In this document: one piece after another, positions 37,454 to 49,939 of the stretch
How positions within the stretch are numbered: position 1 is the first letter of the stretch
How the letters are laid out: every line of letters begins with the position of its first letter
The notes under the pieces: model-generated
The model's database searches: none
The model's input: the letters and a program-made list of their open reading frames with translations, nothing else
Told to the model about the DNA's origin: nothing
Position numbers and translations under genes: made by a program
Assembly (NCBI GenBank): GCA_951406725.2
Contig: OX597825.1
Coordinates: forward strand, 186,001-250,000
Direction: 5' to 3'
DNA length: 64,000 nt
From: Octopus vulgaris
Taxonomy: Eukaryota

Positions 37454-39000
37454 GTCATCATCAGCATCGTTTAATGTCTGCTTTCCATGCTAGCATGGGT
37501 TGGGCGATTTTGACTGAGGACTGGCGAATCAGATGGCTGCACCAGGCTCGAATCTGATCTGGCAGTGTTTCTACAGCTGGATGCCTTTCCTAACGCCAAC
37601 CACTCCGAGAGAGCAGTAGGTGCTTTGGCATGCCACCGGCACAGGGGCCAGTCAGGCGGTATTGGCAATGGCTCTGCTCAAATGGTGCTTTTTATGTGCC
37701 ACCTGCACAGGAGCCTTCCAGCAGCACTGGCAACGACCTCGCTCAAATGTTTTTTCATGTGTCACCAGCACAAGTGCCAGGAAGGCGACGCAGGTAACAA
37801 TCACGCTTGGATGGTGCTTTTACATGCCACCGGCAGGGAAGCCAGTTTGCTGCTCTGGCAACGATCACACTCAGATGGTACTCTTAGTGCTCCACTAGCA
37901 CAGATGCCAGTCATCGAATTTGATTTTGGTTTCGATTTCACTTGCCTCAACAGGTCTTCGCAAGCAGAGTTTAGTGTCCAATGAAGGAAAGGTACGCATA
38001 AGTGGGCTGGTTACACCCCTGGCATAGGCCACAAGGTTCTGGTCTCAGTTGGCTTGCCAAGTCTTCTCAAGCACAGCATATTTCCAAAGGTCCTGGTCAG
38101 TAATCATTGCCTCGGTGAGGCCCAATGTTCGAAGGTCATGCTTCACCACCTCATCCCAGGTCTTCCTGGATCTACCTCTTCCACAGGTTCCCTCAACTGC
38201 TAGGGTGTGGCACTTTTTCACACAGCTATCCACATCCATTCTCACCACATGGCCATATCAGTGCAGTTGTCTCTCTTGCACACCACATCTGAGGCTTCTT
38301 AGGTCCAACTTTTCTCTCAAGGTACTTACACTCTGACAAGTATGCACACTAACATTACACATCCATCAGAGCATATTAGCTTCATTCCTTGCGAGCTTAC
38401 GCATGTCCTCAGCAGTCACGGCCCCTTGTTTCACTACCATGTAGCATGGCTGTTCATACACATGCGTAATACACTCTACCTTTTACTGAGCAACAGGCCC
38501 TTTGTCACCAGCAGATGTAAGAGCTCTCTGAACTTTGCCCAAGTTATTCTTATTCTAGCAGCTACACTTTCAGAGCACCACCCCCCTACTGACTTGGTCA
38601 CCTAGGTAACGGAAGCTATCAATTACTTCTAGTTTTCTCCCTGGAATGTGGCGGAAGTTGTTCTCTGCACATTTGCAGTGTTTATTGCCCCTGTGCATCT
38701 GCTTCACACAAAAACTATCTTCTCAGTTAGCCTTCCTTTGATATTGCTGCACCTCTTATGTGGCCATAGCTTACATTGGGTACATCTTAAAGAGTTCCTA
38801 CCTACACCTTTTCTATAGATCGAGCAGGGATTTGTGGTTTGCCTGCCTTTCTACTTATTAGGACTTTGGTTTTAGCTAGGTTGACTCTAAGGCCCTTCAA
38901 TTCTAATCCTTGTTTCCACACTTGAAACTCCTCCTCTAGTTCTGATAGTGACTCAGCATTTAGAACAAGGTCATCAGCATAGAGGAGCTCCCAGGGGCAC
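37454..39000 (-). mobile_element. RTE family 1 5'-truncated copy
   Basis: WELLYADDLVL RT motif near 38970, ORF C-terminus, 3'UTR and tail. Confidence 0.9.
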
Positions 39001-39347
39001 TGTGGGATTGAAACCAAAGCTATGTGGTTGAGAATTAAACTTCACTCATTTGTACCTCATTATTATCAGCATCAACCTTATCATTAGTGCCATTATCTAC
39101 ATCATTATTATCATCATCATCTTTATCACTACCACCATCATTATCAACATTGAGATATGGTTTCTGACAGATCTGAGCAATGCATGCTTGCATGAGAAAA
39201 TAGAATTTAAACACAGCTGAGAGAGAGAGGTGATGATGACAACAATTATTACTGTTGCCGATGATGAACGGATGCTTGTATGCACACTGGACTGTATGTA
39301 ACTGTTTTGAATATGAAGTCCTTACAAGTATGGTATATCGGTATATT

Positions 39348-39810
39348 ATTATCATTGTTCGACCATGGTTGAGACAATGGAATTTACTGTTACGCCAGAC
39401 TTCACAGTGCATCATAGCATTACAGAGGTCCTGTTGCTGGATGCCTGTATCCTTGGAGACTACATCAGGGTAGGAGAGTGTGCGCCCTCTGGTATTGCGA
39501 GCAGATGGCTTCCAGAGGAGAAGAGTAGAAGTTACCTCGTTTTCAGCTCTACAACAATGTCCAGCAAACTGGACTCTTCTACCTTTCACAAGAGATAATA
39601 CAAGTGGTAATTTCCCATATATTTGTACTTTGGTTGGATGACACTTACCCACAAGATTTTGAGCTCTCATAAGGAGGTGAGTGTAAGTTCCATCCAACCG
39701 CCTCTCAAGCTTCTTTGATAATGTCCAGGTTTCTGAGCCATATAGTAGAATTGGTTCGACTGTGGCTTTGAAGGTTTTAAGTTTGAAATCTCTACTTAGA
39801 TTTGATGACT
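39348..39810 (-). mobile_element. RTE family 2 3' fragment
   Basis: ATVEPILLYGSETW...QFAGHCCR. Confidence 0.85.
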
Positions 39811-40040
39811 GGTATATCAGGACTCCAATGAAAATCACATGAGTCTCTAGAACTGTTATGCTTGCTGTGATAAAGCTCTAAAATTTCTCTACTCAAACTG
39901 AAAAGATACCTACATCAGCAGAACAAGCAATTAATGTTGCATTTCTTTAATTAGAGACAGTTAATTAGTTTGGTAATTCACATAAATGACAATGCAATCG
40001 AAATGTTTTTATGTTTCATTTATCCTCTTGTTTTTTGCAG

Positions 40041-40155
40041 GGTCTAGGCTTTCCTCACGATATCAGTGTTGATAATAAGAACCATGCTGTATATGTAGGC
40101 GACTTATTGGCGAAAACAGTCTGGAAGCTACAGATGACAACTCCCAATATTTCTG
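40041..40155 (+). CDS. PAM: PAM exon (PAL end) GLGFPHDISVDNKNHAVYVGDLLAKTVWKLQMTTPNIS
   Basis: ttttttgcag|GGT...TCT G|gtatga, phase 0/1; PHD Zn ligand and VYVGD...VWK. Confidence 0.93.
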
Positions 40156-40168
40156 GTATGAACATTTT

Positions 40169-40481
40169 CATCATCATCATCAACACATATAAAGATGCAC
40201 ATCCATACGTACAAGCATGGTACAGTTGCATGACACACACACACACACACAGACATGCACACACAAGGAGACAGACGTGCATACATATACAAACACATGC
40301 TCATACACATATACATAGAAAATACACAAACACGGACATGCAAGCACATAAATGTGCAGGATACGTACATACAGGTGCACACACATACATACATATGCAT
40401 ACACACACATATATACATACATACACATGCAAACACACACATACATACATACGTACATGCATGCATGGGCACACACACACA
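40169..40481. repeat. (CAT)n plus degenerate (CA)/(CATA) microsatellite
   Basis: Low-complexity tract. Confidence 0.9.
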
Positions 40482-41047
40482 AACAAAAGGGAACTCGGTG
40501 TAAATAACGGACAGAGTCAAAACTATTGAAAAGGTTGCAAGATGCAATGAAAATTTTAGGACAATAAAAAGAAGAGAAAAAAGTGGTAATTTTACCAGTG
40601 AGTGTGTTACATAATAAGGCACAAAAAGAAAATGACTCTCCCCAGACACAACAGAATATCATCACATTTTAATGTCTGCTTTCCATGCTGGCATGGGTTG
40701 GACGGTTTGACTGAGGACTGGCAAGCCAAGAGGCCGCACTAGGCTCCAGTCTGATCTGGCAAAGTTTCTACAGCTGGATGCCCTTCCTAATGCCAACCAC
40801 TCCAAGAGTGTAGTGGGTGCTTGTCACATGCCACTGGCATGAGGGTCAATCAGGCAGCAACTTGCATCCTTACACACATACACACACACACCCTGCCTTA
40901 TATATATACAGATAACACTTACCTTCTGTCTGGTTGGAACAAATGAATAAATGTATGTTTGTGTGCATGTGTGTATACCATGCATATACATGCATGGATA
41001 AACGTTTCTATAAATGTTTATTTTATTTTTGAAAACTTTATTTGTAG

Positions 41048-41236
41048 AATATTTGTCTAAAAAGAATGAAATCCCTCAGCCTATGGTGACTGCTGAAAAT
41101 GTTCCACTGCTTGACAACGGGCTGGAAAGTACCTCCGATTCAAATTTCAAGGCTTCGGTCATCGTTGGTAGCCTCTTAGTTGCCCCTATGTTTTTCATCG
41201 TACTCATAACTGTTTTCGTGCGTTACTATCATGCAG
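41048..41236 (+). CDS. PAM: PAM exon: juxtamembrane linker (KK site) and transmembrane helix
   Basis: tttgtag|AA...GCA G|gtgaga, phase 1/1; ASVIVGSLLVAPMFFIVLITVFV followed by RYY. Confidence 0.88.
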
Positions 41237-41463
41237 GTGAGACTTTACATCTTTGTTAGACCCTCGTGAAATTATCTCTTCTATAAAGAATAATCTTGTT
41301 TTTTGTTTTGTCCCAAATCAATCCCTGATAGAGCACACCTATGATCAAAAGCCTCCAAACCGTTTGCTATTTCTTGCAGGTCAAGTAACCATCTAAAGAC
41401 TCACTTGTATTTCATCTCTATGAAATGATTCATTTCTAAACTAGTGTTTTATTCTACTCCATA

Positions 41464-41684
41464 CCCTTTTGTTACTGTATTTGTTTTGAGATGCTCTGTG
41501 TTTCTTCCAATTACTTTAAATATAACAAAGAATTTAGTAAAATAACTTAGTTATCATTAAGCTAGTGTTAGCAACATAAATTGTGACTAAGGTTTGGTGG
41601 AAGATTTTAATTCAAAACTTATGAAAACAAAACATTTGTACCTCAGAGCCAGAGCCAGTTTCAGCCGGGTTAGTAACGAAAGGG
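41464..41684. mobile_element. piggyBac-type MITE
   Basis: CCCTTT...AAAGGG|TTAA; reverse-orientation homolog of 23451. Confidence 0.78.
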
Positions 41685-41834
41685 TTAATTAAGCATTTCT
41701 GTATATTTACTTCGCTATTTCTTTACTATTCACTAAGCAAGTTAGTGGAATTTTATTTTCTAACAAAATCAGGAAAAGGTACAAGCACATTTTCAGTTGT
41801 CTCCTACATTTGGCACTGACTAATATTTTTACTC

Positions 41835-43075
41835 CATCATCATCATCATCCTCGTTTAACGTCCGTTTTTCCATGCTAGCATGGGTTGGACGGTTCGACC
41901 GGGGTCTGGGATGCCAGGAGGCTGCACCAGGCTTCAGTCTAATCTGGCAGTGTTTCTACAGCTGGATGCCCTTCCTAACGCCAACCACTCCGTGAGTGTA
42001 GTGGGTGCTCCTTATGTGCCAGGGGAGGCTGGCAACGGCCACAATCGGTTGGTGCTTTTTACGTGCCACTAGCACAGAAGCCAGTCAAGGCGGCGCTAGC
42101 ATCGGCCACGTATGGATGGTGCATTTTACATGCCACTGGCACAGGTATCACAACTACAATTTCCATTTGATATTTATGTACTTGACTCAATAGGTCTCCT
42201 CAAGCACAGCAGGTCATGTGCCACTGGTACAGAAGCCAGTCAAGGTGGCACTGGCATCAGTCACGTTCGGATGGTGCCTTTTACGTGCCACCGGCACAGG
42301 TATTACATCTACAATTTCCATTTGAGTTTTTGATGATGTACTTGACTCAATAGGTCTCTTCAAGCACAGCAGGTTGCCCTATGATCCAAGGTAAGTACAG
42401 TGGGCTGTCCTGCAATCCAAGGCACTTTGGAAGGACTAGGGTTTCTAATTTTTTTTTCTAGTTTGAATATTTATTGCTCTGTACATAAAGTATATTAACT
42501 GTGCACTCAGAGTTCCAGTCATGTATCCTCTCATTGGATGATGCTCTTCGCACTCCACTAGCACGGATGGCAGTCATCGAATTTGATTTCACTTGCCTCA
42601 ACAAGTCTTCACAAGCAGAGTTTAGTGTCCAATGAAGGAAGGGTACGCATAAGTGGGCTGGTTACACCCCTGGCATAGGCCACAGGTTATGGTCTCATTT
42701 GGCTTGCCGGGTCTTCTCAAGCACAGCATATTTCCAAAAGTCTCAGTCACTAGTCATTTCCTTGGTGAGGCCCAATGTTTGAAGGTCGTGCTTCACCACT
42801 TCATTCCAGGTCTTCTTGGGTCTACCTCTTCCACAAGTTCCCTCAACCGCTAGGGTGCGGCACTTTTTCACACAGCTATCCTCATCCATTCTTGCCACAT
42901 GACCATACTAGCACAGTCGTCTCTCTTGCACACCAAATCTGATGCTTCTTAGGTCCAACTTTTCTCAAGGTACTTACACTCTGTCGAGTATGCACGCTGA
43001 CATTAAACATCCATCGGATTATACTGGATTCATTCCTTGCGAGCTTATGGATGTCTTCAGCAGTCACGGCCCATA
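41835..43075 (-). mobile_element. RTE family 1 copies (41835..42430, 42545..43075)
   Basis: 3'UTR and ORF C-terminal remnants. Confidence 0.82.
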
Positions 43076-44119
43076 CTTTATTTTATTGACCCCAGAAGAA
43101 TGAAAAGCTAAGCTGGACTTGAACCCAGGATATAAATGGAAATCAACCCATCATACTACTGACTTTGCCATGAAAGTGCACAGCCTTGTGGTTAGGGTGT
43201 TCAGCTTATAATCATTAAGGCTGTGAGATCAATTCCTGAATCAGGTAGCATGTTGTGTTCTGGAGCATTTCATATTCTCCCCTCAAATATTACTAAAGTC
43301 ACAGAAAACCATGAACACCACCACATCAAATAGCTATATAAATTTTAAATATGGTCCTGTGGGTAAAGACATACAAACAAAGCAACACATATACCCCTTG
43401 GACAAAGGATCAATCTTGGCCCATAGCCTATACTGACTGTGCCCCCCCCATCCTTTAACACATCTCTAGAGAAAAATAAAACTAAATAAGATCATATCAC
43501 TAATCCCTACCTGAGACTGAAACCTCCATCTACCCCATTGTCTTGTCTGTCACCAGACACCCTTATCCACTAGGCCAGTAATACTACTTATACAAAATAT
43601 GAGATATTTAAATCTATTCTAATGATTGGTTATTGATTACATTAGTCTGATAGGTTTAAATACATCATTTTCAAACCAGCCATTGCTGTTGTTTCAATGG
43701 TCTTGTGGGTAGAGACAATAGCAAGCAATATAGAAGCATCCTGATACAGAGTTCAATCTTGTCCCTGGCATGCACTGAAGGGGTTTTTTTTTTTGTTTTT
43801 TGCAGTTGTTTGAGTGGGGCTGACCTGGGGCACCTTCTTGAAGGTTTTAGTTAAATGAATCGATCCCTGGAATTAATTTTTTCAAGGCTGGTCCTTATTT
43901 TATCAGTCTCTTTCACTGAACCATTAAATCCAAGTAAAAATTAACCCCCCCCTTCTTTTTCCCCTCCTATCTAACTAGATAGAAAACATGTAAATATTTA
44001 ATAAAACTCTTTTATAATACTTGGCAGAGATTGAAACCCTTCACCTCAACATATGCCTCTGCTTATAAAGCACCTTTACCCACAAGGCTACCAAAGAAAA
44101 AAACTATACCTATTTTTAA

Positions 44120-44339
44120 CCCTTTCGTTACTGTATTTATTTTGAGATGCTCTGTGTTTCTTTCAATTACTTTAAATATAACAAAGAATTTAGTAAAATA
44201 ACTTAGTTATCATTAAGCTAGTATTAGCAACATAAATTGTGACTAAGGTTTGGTGGAAGATTTTAATTCAAAACTTGTGAAAACAAGACATTTGTACTCA
44301 GAGCCAGAGCTGGTTCCAGCCGGGTTGGTAACAAAAGAG
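44120..44339. mobile_element. piggyBac-type MITE
   Basis: TTAA|CCCTTT...AAAGAG|TTAA. Confidence 0.8.
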
Positions 44340-44948
44340 TTAAAAAATGTGATATTTGAATATAATTTCATCCTTCACTATATTAGCTGCATTCATTATA
44401 AAGATGCTCAATCTACTGTGAATAGCAGCCAAGGCTTGCTTACATCACCTGTCACTGGTCTTCAGAAAAACTAAATATACCTCAGAGACATGGATCTAAA
44501 AGGGCTGTACAACAGATTATTTTGATAACGTTTCACTTTAAATGAGAAATGTTGCAGTACCAGTAATTATATATTTCGCTGTCCAATGTATCATAAAGAA
44601 AAAGTTTCTGAAAACCAACACAATGTATTTCTTAATACATTATGACTGAGTGATAGACGGGCTGGTCATGGTTGGAGTGTTTTTGATCGTTGATCAACTC
44701 TAAGCAAACAAAAACATTTAAAACAATTGATTTTAGATTTTTCAAGTTTTTTCTTGTTTTCTTTTCTCTTTTTTTAAAAAAATTATTGAAAGAATTACCT
44801 TGATATTGTTTTGGATGTGGATAACAGCTGAGAGAGAACTGCCACTACTACAGTGGACGATCACCAAGTCACTACTGCAGTGTTGTTCATCAGGCAAGGA
44901 ACTACTGTGAGGCCGATAATGCTGAATAGTTTGAACAAACTGCATATA

Positions 44949-45439
44949 TCTATATATATAAAACTCAACTTGTGTGTGTGTCTGTGTGTTTAACTTCCCG
45001 GCACATCTCCTCCTAGCCAACAAATCGTAGAACCACCAAAATTGGGTCACTTAAAGTTTAGGCGAATGAAAATTGAACTGCACTATTTCTGTTCCGAAAT
45101 TCATCTCGCAAGTGCAAAAATCGATAATGTGTTTGTTTAGGCCTTATCCCATGCATTGAATAGTGAACTTTACTCAGTCAGCTGTTTGACGTGAACTGTG
45201 TTCACCACGCATGCAAGCGTGCGTAAATTGCATGAAAAATTAAAAAAATCAAGATATAAAAACGAATCACCATAAACATTGTAGAAATTCGGCAAAGAAA
45301 TGAATTTTCGGGATGTAGCCTGGAGGGTTTTTTGGTATTAATCGTTTGGACTTTGTGAACACATACCAATTGTTTTCATAACATTCTTAACGCTTTGAAT
45401 TAAATGTGACCATTTTGTAAAGCCGGGCAATACTGCTAG
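44949..45439 (+). mobile_element. non-autonomous Helitron
   Basis: a|TCTATATATATAAAA 5' end; gccgggcaatactgCTAG|t 3' end. Confidence 0.78.
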
Positions 45440-46020
45440 TATATATATATATATATATATATTTATGTATATGGAGTCTGGTGCAGTTTGCCAGCTCTGG
45501 TCAACCCATGTCAGCATGGATAATGGATGTTAAATGATGATGATAACAAGAAACAAATTCATATTATGGACTTGAGAAAAATCTTGTATATTTTTAGTCC
45601 TGCTTATAGATTGTATTTGGAGTGTGTGTGTCAGCTAGTTGATTTCTTTCTCTTATCCCCATCCCACACATGTATGAATGTAGGCATGTATTTATGTTTG
45701 AGTGTCCATGCATGTTCAGGGTATGACAGGAAACTGCATCCAGAAGTGGGGTCCTTGTTTAGGAGTACCAGGGTATTGAGGAGTGTGGAACCCTTTCTTA
45801 GCCACTATTGATCCCAGGTCTATTCTGACCTGGAGTAATAGCACCACTCAAGGACACACTTGTGGGTTAATTAGAATATCGGGGCTTGCCTTACCCCTAT
45901 TTGTGTATGTGTAGGCTGGACCTGGCAGACTCTGCCAAAGAAAACTTTGTAGTTCAATGAAAGGGAAGATGGCTGCAGCAACGCAGTATGGGATGCAGAG
46001 AGTAAGATGAGACAAGTTGA

Positions 46021-46665
46021 ATCATCATCATCATCATTTAATGTCCGTTTTCCGTGCTAGCATGGGTTGGACAGTTCGACCGGGGTCTGGGAAGCCAGGA
46101 GGCTGCCAGGCTCCAGTCTGATCTGGCAGTGTTTCTACAGCTGGATACCCTTCCTAACACCAACCACTCCGTGAGTGTAGTGGGTGCTTTTTACATGCCA
46201 CCGGCACAGGTGCCAGGGGAGGCTGCAAAATTCCACGATCAGTTGGTGCTTTTTACGTGCCACCAGCACGGAAGCCAGCCAAGGCTGCGCTGGCATCGGC
46301 CACATACAGATGGTGCTTTTTACATGCCACCGGCACAGGTGCCAGGGGAGGCTGCAAAAGGCCACGATCACTTGGTGCTTTTTACGTGCCACCGTCACGG
46401 AAGCCAGTCAAAGCGGCGCTGGCATTGGCCACATTCAAATGGTGCTTTTTACATGCCACAGGCACAGGAATCACAACTACAATTTCCATTGATTTTTGAT
46501 GTTGATGTACTTGACTCAATAGGTCTCCTCAAGCACAGGGTCGAAACGGTGTTTCTTTACTTGCCACCTGCACAGGAGTCAGTCCAGCAGCACTGCAACG
46601 GCTGGGTGCCAGTCATAGGATTTGGTTCAATTTTGATTTCACTTGCCCCAATAGGTCTTTGCAAA
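46021..46665 (-). mobile_element. RTE family 1 3'UTR copy
   Basis: Family terminus and unit array. Confidence 0.85.
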
Positions 46666-46809
46666 TATATACGTAGTGGGGGGGGGGGAGGTTGATTTTT
46701 CTAGCTGTAAGATTGCAATATTTGTAATATCCATTATGTAACACTCAACAGTCATGGGTGTTTCCTCAACCCTGGCCTGCTTGTGTTATGCTTGTTCAAG
46801 AGATTGTAA

Positions 46810-47218
46810 ATTCTACTATATGGCTCAGAAACGTGGACGTTATCAAAGAAGCTTGAGAGGCGGTTGGATGGAACTTACACTCACCTCCTTATGAGAGCTC
46901 AAAATCTCTCATGGAAGCGTCATCCAACCAAAGTACAAATATATGGGAAATTACCACCTGTATCATCTCTTGTGAAAGGTAGAAGAGTCCAGTTTGCTGG
47001 ACATTGTTGTAGAGCTGAAAACGAGGTAATTTCTACTCTTCTCCTCTGGAAGCTATCTGCTCGCGATACCAGAGGGCGCACACTCTCCTACTCTGATGTC
47101 GTCTCAAGGGATACAGGCATCCAGCAACAGGACCTCCGTAGTGCTATGATGGACCGTGAAGTCTGGCGTAATATAATAAATTCCATTGACTCGACCATGG
47201 TCAAACAATAATGATGAT
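46810..47218 (+). mobile_element. RTE family 2 3' fragment
   Basis: Homolog of 11156..11580. Confidence 0.85.
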
Positions 47219-47291
47219 ATTTTAAGTTATGCTTATCTGAAATATAAACGACTGGTCAATGACAATGTTTTTCTTTTTCTCTCTTTTGTAG

Positions 47292-47479
47292 GCAAGTTAA
47301 AATGTTGCGACTACAGGCGAAGCATGGCTGGTCATCAACACAGGTCTTTTTTTGGTAACCTTCTGATTGACCGACACAAAGGCTTCAACCCTTTAAATAC
47401 TGAGGACAGTGACCATGAGATTGACCCATTGAATAATTCAGATGATGAAGACGACTACAGAATTACAAGGAAGACTTGA
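47292..47479 (+). CDS. PAM: PAM last coding exon: cytosolic tail to TGA
   Basis: cttttgtag|GC AAG..., phase 1; KGFNPLNTEDSD resembles vertebrate KGFDRLSTEGSD, followed by an acidic cluster and TGA. Confidence 0.9.
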
Positions 47480-47524
47480 TTGACGCTATGGACACTAAGT
47501 AAATATTTAAAAAAAAAAGCAATT

Positions 47525-47530
47525 AATAAA
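47525..47530 (+). promoter_or_regulatory. candidate polyadenylation signal AATAAA (another at 47762)
   Basis: Hexamer 46 nt after the stop. The AT-rich context makes a chance match plausible. Confidence 0.35.
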
Positions 47531-47850
47531 AAACATATGTACTGAGAACTGTGGACATTTGAAAAACAATATTTTTAAAAGTTGAGCAAATTTTACTATT
47601 TATTCTCATTCCTCTTTAAAGAATCATTATTTTATCAACATTTTTTATTACTATTATTATTAGTAAACATTTATTATTACTATTATTATTAGTAGTAGTA
47701 TCAACATTTATTATTATTATTAGTATCAACATTTATTATTATTATTATCATTATTGGAGTCAATAAAATAAGTCCCTGTTGAACACTGGGACCAATGTAA
47801 TCAACTCATCCCTCCCCCAAAAGTGCTGCCCTTATGGCAAAATTTGAAAC

Positions 47851-47851
<1 letters not shown>

Positions 47852-47929
<78 letters not shown>
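47852..47929. repeat. (ATT)n microsatellite
   Basis: Pure trinucleotide run. Confidence 0.95.
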
Positions 47930-47932
<3 letters not shown>

Positions 47933-48035
47933 TCAAAGACAGGGATTGATATAATTGACTGTTATATTCCCTCAAACATGTAACCTTTGTCCATGTAAGA
48001 AATTACTATTACTGTGTGCCATAATGTAACAAATA

Positions 48036-48633
48036 TAGATGTTTTTGATCTAGTTTGGATTCTTTGCAATCAAATTTGAATTTTTCAATTGTTGCTCAAG
48101 CCTTGAAAAAAAAAATAAAGAGTTAAACTACATCACCCGTAAGGGAATACATGTCTATCTTATCTAACTCGTCCAGTAGAGCCCACCAATTGATATCTGA
48201 AAAGTTTGATGAAATAACTCATGAACACTGCCATAGCTTCTACCAAAAGATGCTTCAACATATTTACGTCGTCGACCAGTCTGAACAAGGGGAGATAATA
48301 TACGAATGATTCTTTTCCTATTATCTCCCCTTGTTCCGACTGGTCGTCGTAAAAGAACATCTTTTGGTAGAAGCTATGGCAGTGTTCATGAGTTATTTCA
48401 TCGAACTTTTCAGATATCAATTGGTGGGCTCTACTGGACGAGTTAGATAAGATAGACATGTATTCCCTTACGGCTGATGTAGTTTAACTCTTTTTTTTTC
48501 CAAGGCTTGAGCACCAATTGAAAAATTCAAATTTGATTGCAAAGAATTCAAATTTGGTGGCAAAGAATTCAAATTTGGTTGCAAAGAATTCAAATTTGAT
48601 GGCAAAGAATCCAAACTAGATCGAAAACATCTA
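48036..48633. mobile_element. 598-bp palindromic fold-back MITE flanked by TA
   Basis: ta|TAGATGTTTT...AAAACATCTA|ta; arms complementary almost to the centre (~48300..48318); 21-bp subterminal tandem repeats. Confidence 0.85.
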
Positions 48634-49087
48634 TAAGTTCTTGACAAATCTAGTTTTGATTCCAACTTGGAGCCATGTTACTGACGTTGTAAGTATCCTT
48701 GGGAAATACATGAAATACATAAATTCCTGTTTCCTCTTCCCCTGTAAATCCATGTCATCAGAGCTATGGTAAGAAACTATCAATGTTGTTATTGATTTTC
48801 TGGTTCTTTATGCTCTAAGTTCAAATCCCATCAAGGCCATCTTTGTTTCTTTCTCCTCAGCTTGATAAAATAATAAATACCACTCAAGTACTGGGGCTGG
48901 TTTTAATTGACTACATTTTCTGACCCTAATTACGGGCTATGTGCCTATGTTAGAAATCAGTTTTATAAATATTAATTTTTCAGCTTTTATTTTTTTAACC
49001 TTCTGGGGATCAATAGAATAAAGTACATGCCATGTACTGAGGCTCATATAATTCAGTTTAGAAACCAATATTATCATTATTGATAAA

Positions 49088-49620
49088 CTGGCGGAATTGT
49101 TAGCATGCTGGGCAAAAGGCTTAGCAGTATTTCGCCTGCCGTTACATTCTGAGGTCGACTTTGCCTTTCATCCTTTCGGGGTCGATTAAATAAGTACCAG
49201 TTTCGCACTGGGGTTGGTATAATCGACTTAATCCGTTTGTCTGTCCTTGTTTGTCCTCTCTGTGTTTAGCCCCTTGTGGGCAGTAAAGAAATAGGTATTT
49301 TGTCTGCGGTTACGTTCTGAGTTCAAATTCCGCCAAGGTCGACTTTGCCTTTCATCCTTTCGGGGTCGATTAAATAAGTACCAGTTACGCACTGGGGTCG
49401 ATGGAATCGACTTAATCCGTTTGTCTGTCCTTGTTTGTCCCCTCTGTATTTAGCCCCTTGTGGGTAGTAAAGAAATAAGTATTTAGTGTGTCTTCATGTT
49501 CTGAGTTTAGTTCCACTGTGGTTGATTTGGCCTTTCATTCTTTCAGGGTGAGTACCAGTTAAACACTGGGGTCAATGAAATCAGCCCCCTTCCCTGAACT
49601 TGCTGGCCTTGTGCCAAAGT
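49088..49620 (+). mobile_element. tandem array of ~3 SINE family C units
   Basis: Repeated gcctttcatcctttcggggtcgattaaataagtaccag units. Confidence 0.75.
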
Positions 49621-49939
49621 AATATTATTGTTATTATTACTGATAGAGCTGTACATCAGTAATATTGGTAGAACTAATTCTGCCATTAAGACAAACTGAA
49701 GAGTCAATTTGTGGCTTTGTTCCTATATTAGAAATCACAATGCCTGTGGATTGGTAGAATCATTAAAGCATTGGAGAGCTTTGTTCTGAGTTCAAATTAT
49801 GACCTGGCACCCATTACACTTCATCCTCCTGGGATTGGTAAAATAAAATACTAGTTAAGAACTGGGTTTGGTTTAATTTGACTAACCTCTCCTATCAAAA
49901 TTGTAACCCTGTGCTTAAGTTAGATATTATTTTATTAAT

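Larger units (their letters stand above)
337..47479 (+). other. PAM: PAM gene, 5'-partial (13 exons in window): bifunctional peptidylglycine alpha-amidating monooxygenase, PHM-PAL-TM-cytosolic tail
   Basis: Exons joined by hand at GT-AG sites with matching phases give AFYP...ARC...DEMCNFYMMYY (PHM), FHRG/MPHG/FCQP/DGYCNSRI/VHS/DRGNGRIQCF/FPHD (PAL), a hydrophobic TM and a KGFNPLNTEDSD tail. Confidence 0.95.

Noticed and set aside
39035-39838. 267-aa ORF (also 61191..61826)
   Set aside because: An RTE fragment reading into flanking low-complexity or SINE sequence; not a gene.
40128-40665. Cys/Val- or His/Thr-rich ORFs
   Set aside because: Translations of a (CA)/(CATA) microsatellite; only 40041..40155 is exonic.
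48160-48665. ORFs within the palindrome (PNLNSL repeats)
   Set aside because: Products of the 21-bp tandem repeats and palindromic arms of a non-coding MITE.
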